This document shows positions 60,901-64,000 of a DNA stretch of 64,000 bases, one piece after another. Position 1 is the first letter of the stretch, and each line of letters begins with the position of its first letter. Origin of the DNA: Thalia democratica (Eukaryota). The stretch covers positions 1 through 64,000 of the forward strand of contig CBDBBG010000303.1 in NCBI GenBank assembly GCA_965202585.1, in the 5' to 3' direction. Under the pieces are notes generated by a model that did no database searches, had not been told where the DNA came from, and was given only the letters and a program-made list of their open reading frames with translations. Both the position numbers and the translations under genes were made by a program.

Positions 60901-62933
60901 TAGTGATTTCTTCCTTTTTCTATTTGTAATATTAGTTAGTTTTCTTTTCCTACGCCCCGCTCTAACAGACTATTGATTTACTTTTATTAATTTTGTACAA
61001 ATGTGTTTGTATGCATTAAGCTGTTGCATTTTATACAAAGCAAACAAGTTTAAACTTATTAATGAGTTTTTTTATAATTTTAACTTTGTTTAATGTTTTG
61101 TTTACGTATATTTTTTGTAGAATATAAATATTTTTAATTTTTATTTTTCTCATTGTGTGTCCTGTTTAAGTGGCTCAGATTTTGATGCCTGGATCCTACA
61201 TTGTACAATAAACAATATAATAAATATAATAAGAAAAAAATTCAAAAAAATTTTCTTCAAATAAACTCCAAACAATACCTGATCAAAATTGAAGTTTTTG
61301 TCCGGTTTAATTTGTATTGAAACAGGGAGTGCTGTTGCTGTGATTCCCACTTCGAAACTTTTCTTTGCTAGAATGTGTGGTTTGTTATACATAACTGTGC
61401 AATTGCATTGAAAAATTTACAAACTACTGTGTAAATTCTTTAAATTATCGATACATGACGGATAAAAGTCAGTTTTTAACCCAGTGTTTCTGAAAGTGCG
61501 CACCAGTGCATAGTGGTTTGCATAGAAATAAGTTTTTACTGTGCATATGAATTTAGATGAGAATTTGAAAACGTGTTATATAATTCAAATAGTTAAAAAA
61601 AATAACTTATTATTACTTTCATCTTTTTTAATGTATACTTACAAAAAAAGTTAACAGGGGAAAGCTAGTTAAAGAAAAATTTATATTAAACTTTTGGTGT
61701 CTACAGATATTTCCTGGGTATTTTGCTATACACGGCTTTTAAAAAATGCTTAGAGCCACTTAAACTACATAATCGTTTTATCTCAAAGTTAAACCAAATA
61801 CCGTTTGTGTCTTCGAAGCTCTGCTTACTGCTGATAATGTCGAAATTGACGAACAAGGCAAAGTCCTGACGCGGCGGATCCTCATGATTCATCTCCCATC
61901 CCAGCTCGGGTCCGTTGAAACGCGGTGAAAATCTGCGAATTGTAATGAATTTAGTTGTGTCATGCAACTTATTTAAATTTTTAATTGAAACGGCTAAAAA
62001 AAGTTGATATGATACAATATGAAACCAATCAAAATCTGTTTACTCGAATTTTAGCACTACAAAAAAGTATTACGTTTAAGTGTTATGCTTTTATATAAGT
62101 TTCTACAAAGCGCTTCCAAATTCCAAAGTGCCAAGCTTAAATTGCAAACCAAAGCTAAACAAACAGCAGTCTTATACACAAAAACAAAATAAACGTTCAA
62201 ACGCGGTTACTGTTGTAAATCGAAGTATAGTTTGCGAATATCAACCTGAAGTACACGGGGCAAGTTTCGTAGGGTTGCAAGTATCCCTGCTGGGGAAACA
62301 CCGTAATTAGAGAGGTGAGCTTGTCGTAAGCGCTCCCCCTCAACATGCTTGTTTCCTCGTGCGTTATCAGCGTTGCCGTCGTCAGCGTGAGGTCAGTACC
62401 CTGTTGCAAGTTTGTTTGTGAGATTTTCAAAGAGAAAGCGATTAAGTCACGAAAGAAACCTTCAGTTTTTATGTATTGATAGCAAAAAGAATCAGGTAAT
62501 AATGTCCCTTTGAAAAATTTTCAACAAATATCTTTGAAATCATATTGCATTAGCACTAAATATCTTGAAACTATCAATTTAGATCTAAAAAAATTTTTAA
62601 AACTCAAAAACACTAGCAGTGACTTATTAAACTTATATAGGCTTACCAAAAGAATGTAAACCTAAAACTACTTCAACCTCATATCAAGCAACCAAACTAA
62701 CGGCTTCTTCACCGGCGACGCCCTCATTCAGCACCGCCACCCACTTGACCTTCTCCGGCCCGTCGTTGTACACCCACGCCGCTTCGATGCGGTCCGTGCC
62801 GTAGTAGACCGGACCGAAGTTTATGCACGGCTCCTCGGTGCTCCTGTCCTCGAAGTTGAGGACCTGCAGCCTCTGGTTGACGATGTTGGCCCGGATGGTT
62901 ACCGTCTTCTTGCTGCTGCCGTCCAGCGAAATT
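24968..62933 (-). CDS. CFAP47: Cilia- and flagella-associated protein 47 (ASH/MSP-like Ig folds plus calponin-homology domain), 5'-partial, ~3160 codons in window
   Basis: 59 GT-AG exons join in phase with no internal stop. In transcript order: 62702-62933, 62246-62400, 61802-61932, 61279-61394, 57619-57759, 56946-57133, 56527-56604, 55974-56180, 55735-55835, 54748-54920, 54342-54461, 53920-54047, 53724-53855, 53288-53426, 52770-52886, 52243-52428, 51685-51813, 51306-51453, 50665-50768, 49967-50217, 49575-49739, 49045-49212, 48563-48694, 48192-48313, 47866-47968, 47487-47599, 46865-47026, 46454-46537, 45892-45959, 45394-45644, 44976-45089, 44478-44579, 43942-44245, 43554-43666, 43175-43349, 42602-42760, 42171-42263, 41815-41927, 41035-41299, 34467-34763, 34001-34184, 33659-33817, 32802-33037, 32265-32459, 31870-32036, 31405-31606, 30924-31159, 29807-29942, 29221-29440, 28639-28878, 28238-28457, 27926-28037, 27578-27671, 27196-27321, 26701-26859, 26291-26462, 25790-25951, 25321-25489, 24968-25183. 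Recognised motifs: CH domain SERIVLSWLN...NFDADLLDGLVL, VEVTFRSRLLRPAEAYLVL, CQSPCY, and C-terminus TVEMQWNYEILG...SSPVKGKPIMKSFI*. A few donor choices are ambiguous by several nt. Confidence 0.93.
30481..30502. repeat. (AT)n microsatellite
   Basis: Run of about 11 AT units in a CFAP47 intron. Confidence 0.8.
35424..35526. repeat. 103-bp near-perfect hairpin
   Basis: 47-bp arms (35424-35470, 35480-35526) with one mismatch and a 9-nt loop attgttgaa. Confidence 0.9.
35821..38266 (+). CDS. CCDC96: Coiled-coil domain-containing protein 96 / CFAP184 (DUF4201 family), 634 aa, nested antisense in a CFAP47 intron
   Basis: Exon 1 35821-36797 (donor gttaca) joins exon 2 37339-38266 (acceptor gtgcacag) in phase 2, giving ...HLCKILRKSRREE.... 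It has an acidic N-terminus followed by a coiled coil with LLDHEQMKMEIHRMFETLQERN, HIKEKVQM and NSKLQSKAGLLHLPLLISDYE, matching remembered CCDC96 motifs (IDFEQLKIEN, HVKEKL, NLKLNQKCGLL). Confidence 0.85.
39522..40065. mobile_element. 544-bp CAGGG-ended MITE with 6-bp TSD
   Basis: TIRs cagggttcctact / agtgggaaccctg. Exact flanking duplication tctacg at 39516-39521 and 40066-40071. Internal ataggg repeats near both ends. Confidence 0.8.
44773..44920. repeat. Possible small MITE
   Basis: 10-bp inverted ends caaaatccac / gtggattttg and an internal ccctaacccttacc motif. No TSD confirmed. Confidence 0.35.
58040..61050 (+). mobile_element. Decayed CR1/L2-like non-LTR retrotransposon ORF2 (APE endonuclease plus reverse transcriptase) in a CFAP47 intron
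   Basis: Endonuclease motifs TETWL, RGGGV, GDFN and DH. RT motifs VIPVYNK...CRPIFLTS, QFGF, KAFDSV, SGVPQSVIGPLL, YIND, LADDTKIF, KDLGI and YVRPKLEY. Many frameshifts and stops. Ends are approximate. Confidence 0.9.
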
Positions 62934-64000
62934 CTGAAAGAAAAGTTGAACCGTTTGTGATTGTGTATTCATCATTGATAAGAATGGTAATTTGTATAGC
63001 ACACTTGTTACAAAACTTATTAAGTCTTAATAAAAAAAATTAGTTTGTATATATTTAATGCACACAAATGAGAGCCAATTTTTTTAGTGATGGACACTAT
63101 TGAAAAAACACTATTAAACACGTTTATTGTATTATACTCAGCTTCACAGATAAACTTAGATTAAACAAGGTATAAGCTGGTTATGTCAACACTCTAGATG
63201 TGAAGCAAATTCCATTCTATGACATGGTGTAAATTTTTATGTATTATGTAGCATGGATTGTTATGGTAAAAAAGTATTTTATAACATATAGGTATATGAA
63301 AGATTACCACACATTTTTATAAAAAAACTACAAAATTTTCTAACATTTTAAACACAATCTTGACTACCCTTTTTAAATTAAAACTTATAATTAAGGCAAT
63401 AAAAAAGGCTGTTAAAACTAATTTGAGAATATTTTATAATTAGAAATAATTTAGCTAAAATTTAAAACCAAAACCAATAAATGATTGCAAATGACAGAGA
63501 AAAAAATAAATGAATATACAGAAAAGTAAAATTTTAATACATGTTTTGTTTAGTATAACTTCTACACAATTCAGCAAAATATAGTCATAATATAACAATC
63601 TATTTACTTTAGTCGAAAAAAAAACTCTGTTAACTTACAAGATTAACTTCCAAAACAAAATTTAGACCCTGTTATGACATTAAGTGTTTTATACGAAATA
63701 CTTGTTAGACAACTTTAAAAAAATATTATAACTTGATAAAACTTTATATATCAAATTTTATTTATACCTTTGAATTTTATGTTTTATTTATCTTAGTCTT
63801 TTTTTTAATTATATTCAAATGTCAAAACAAACTATTATAATATATGTCTGCATACTTTAACGGAAATATAAACGACTCTTTAGGTTTATTCATTTTAATA
63901 CATGTAAAAAGTTACAACAGTACAAAAATATCTTATAACTTTAAGTAAAATAGAACCAACAGTTACATGTAAATTACTCTTATACTTTTTTTTATTTTAC

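Noticed and set aside
55120-61202. GC islands at ~55125-55180 and ~61170-61202 as extra CFAP47 exons or a second nested plus-strand gene
   Set aside because: Their phases do not fit the flanking CFAP47 exons, and the plus-strand readings do not chain into a coherent ORF.
24968-62933. Alternative genetic code or non-canonical splice sites
   Set aside because: All 59 exons join with GT-AG introns and standard-code translation, with no in-frame stops.
1-64000. tRNA, rRNA, snRNA or spliced-leader genes
   Set aside because: No recognisable cloverleaf, T-loop, Sm-site or rRNA signature was seen by eye. A covariance-model scan (tRNAscan-SE, Infernal/Rfam) would be needed to exclude them fully.

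Overview
This is very AT-rich eukaryotic DNA, most likely from a ciliated invertebrate animal. It uses the standard genetic code and GT-AG introns, and its GC-rich exons sit within introns of roughly 20% GC. The taxon cannot be fixed from the sequence. I reconstructed four genes by hand from splice sites and phase continuity. (1) The 5' part of a mitochondrial ornithine carrier, SLC25A15-like (minus strand, 383-1748, runs off the left edge). (2) A four-or-more-exon secreted protein absent from the ORF track as a single gene (minus, 18437-20618). It has a signal peptide, a divergent ADAM10-like region with no zinc motif, an acidic linker and a C-terminal thyroglobulin type-1 domain, and its large first exon contains two frame breaks. 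(3) CFAP47 (minus, 59 exons, about 3160 codons, 24968-62933, 5' end beyond the window). (4) CCDC96/CFAP184 (plus, 35821-38266), nested antisense in a CFAP47 intron. The interval 2-25 kb is a transposon thicket: two Mutator/Foldback-type elements with 9-bp TSDs, CAGGG-ended hAT-like elements with 8-bp or 6-bp TSDs, MITEs, an 18-bp minisatellite and a ~135-bp satellite. It also holds a ~1.3-1.5 kb inverted duplication that starts 15 nt after the CFAP47 stop codon and brackets the secreted gene. A decayed CR1/L2-like LINE lies in a CFAP47 intron. Splice donors are unusually often GTT/GTC (35 of 58 in CFAP47). All coordinates and counts were read by eye and no database searches were run.
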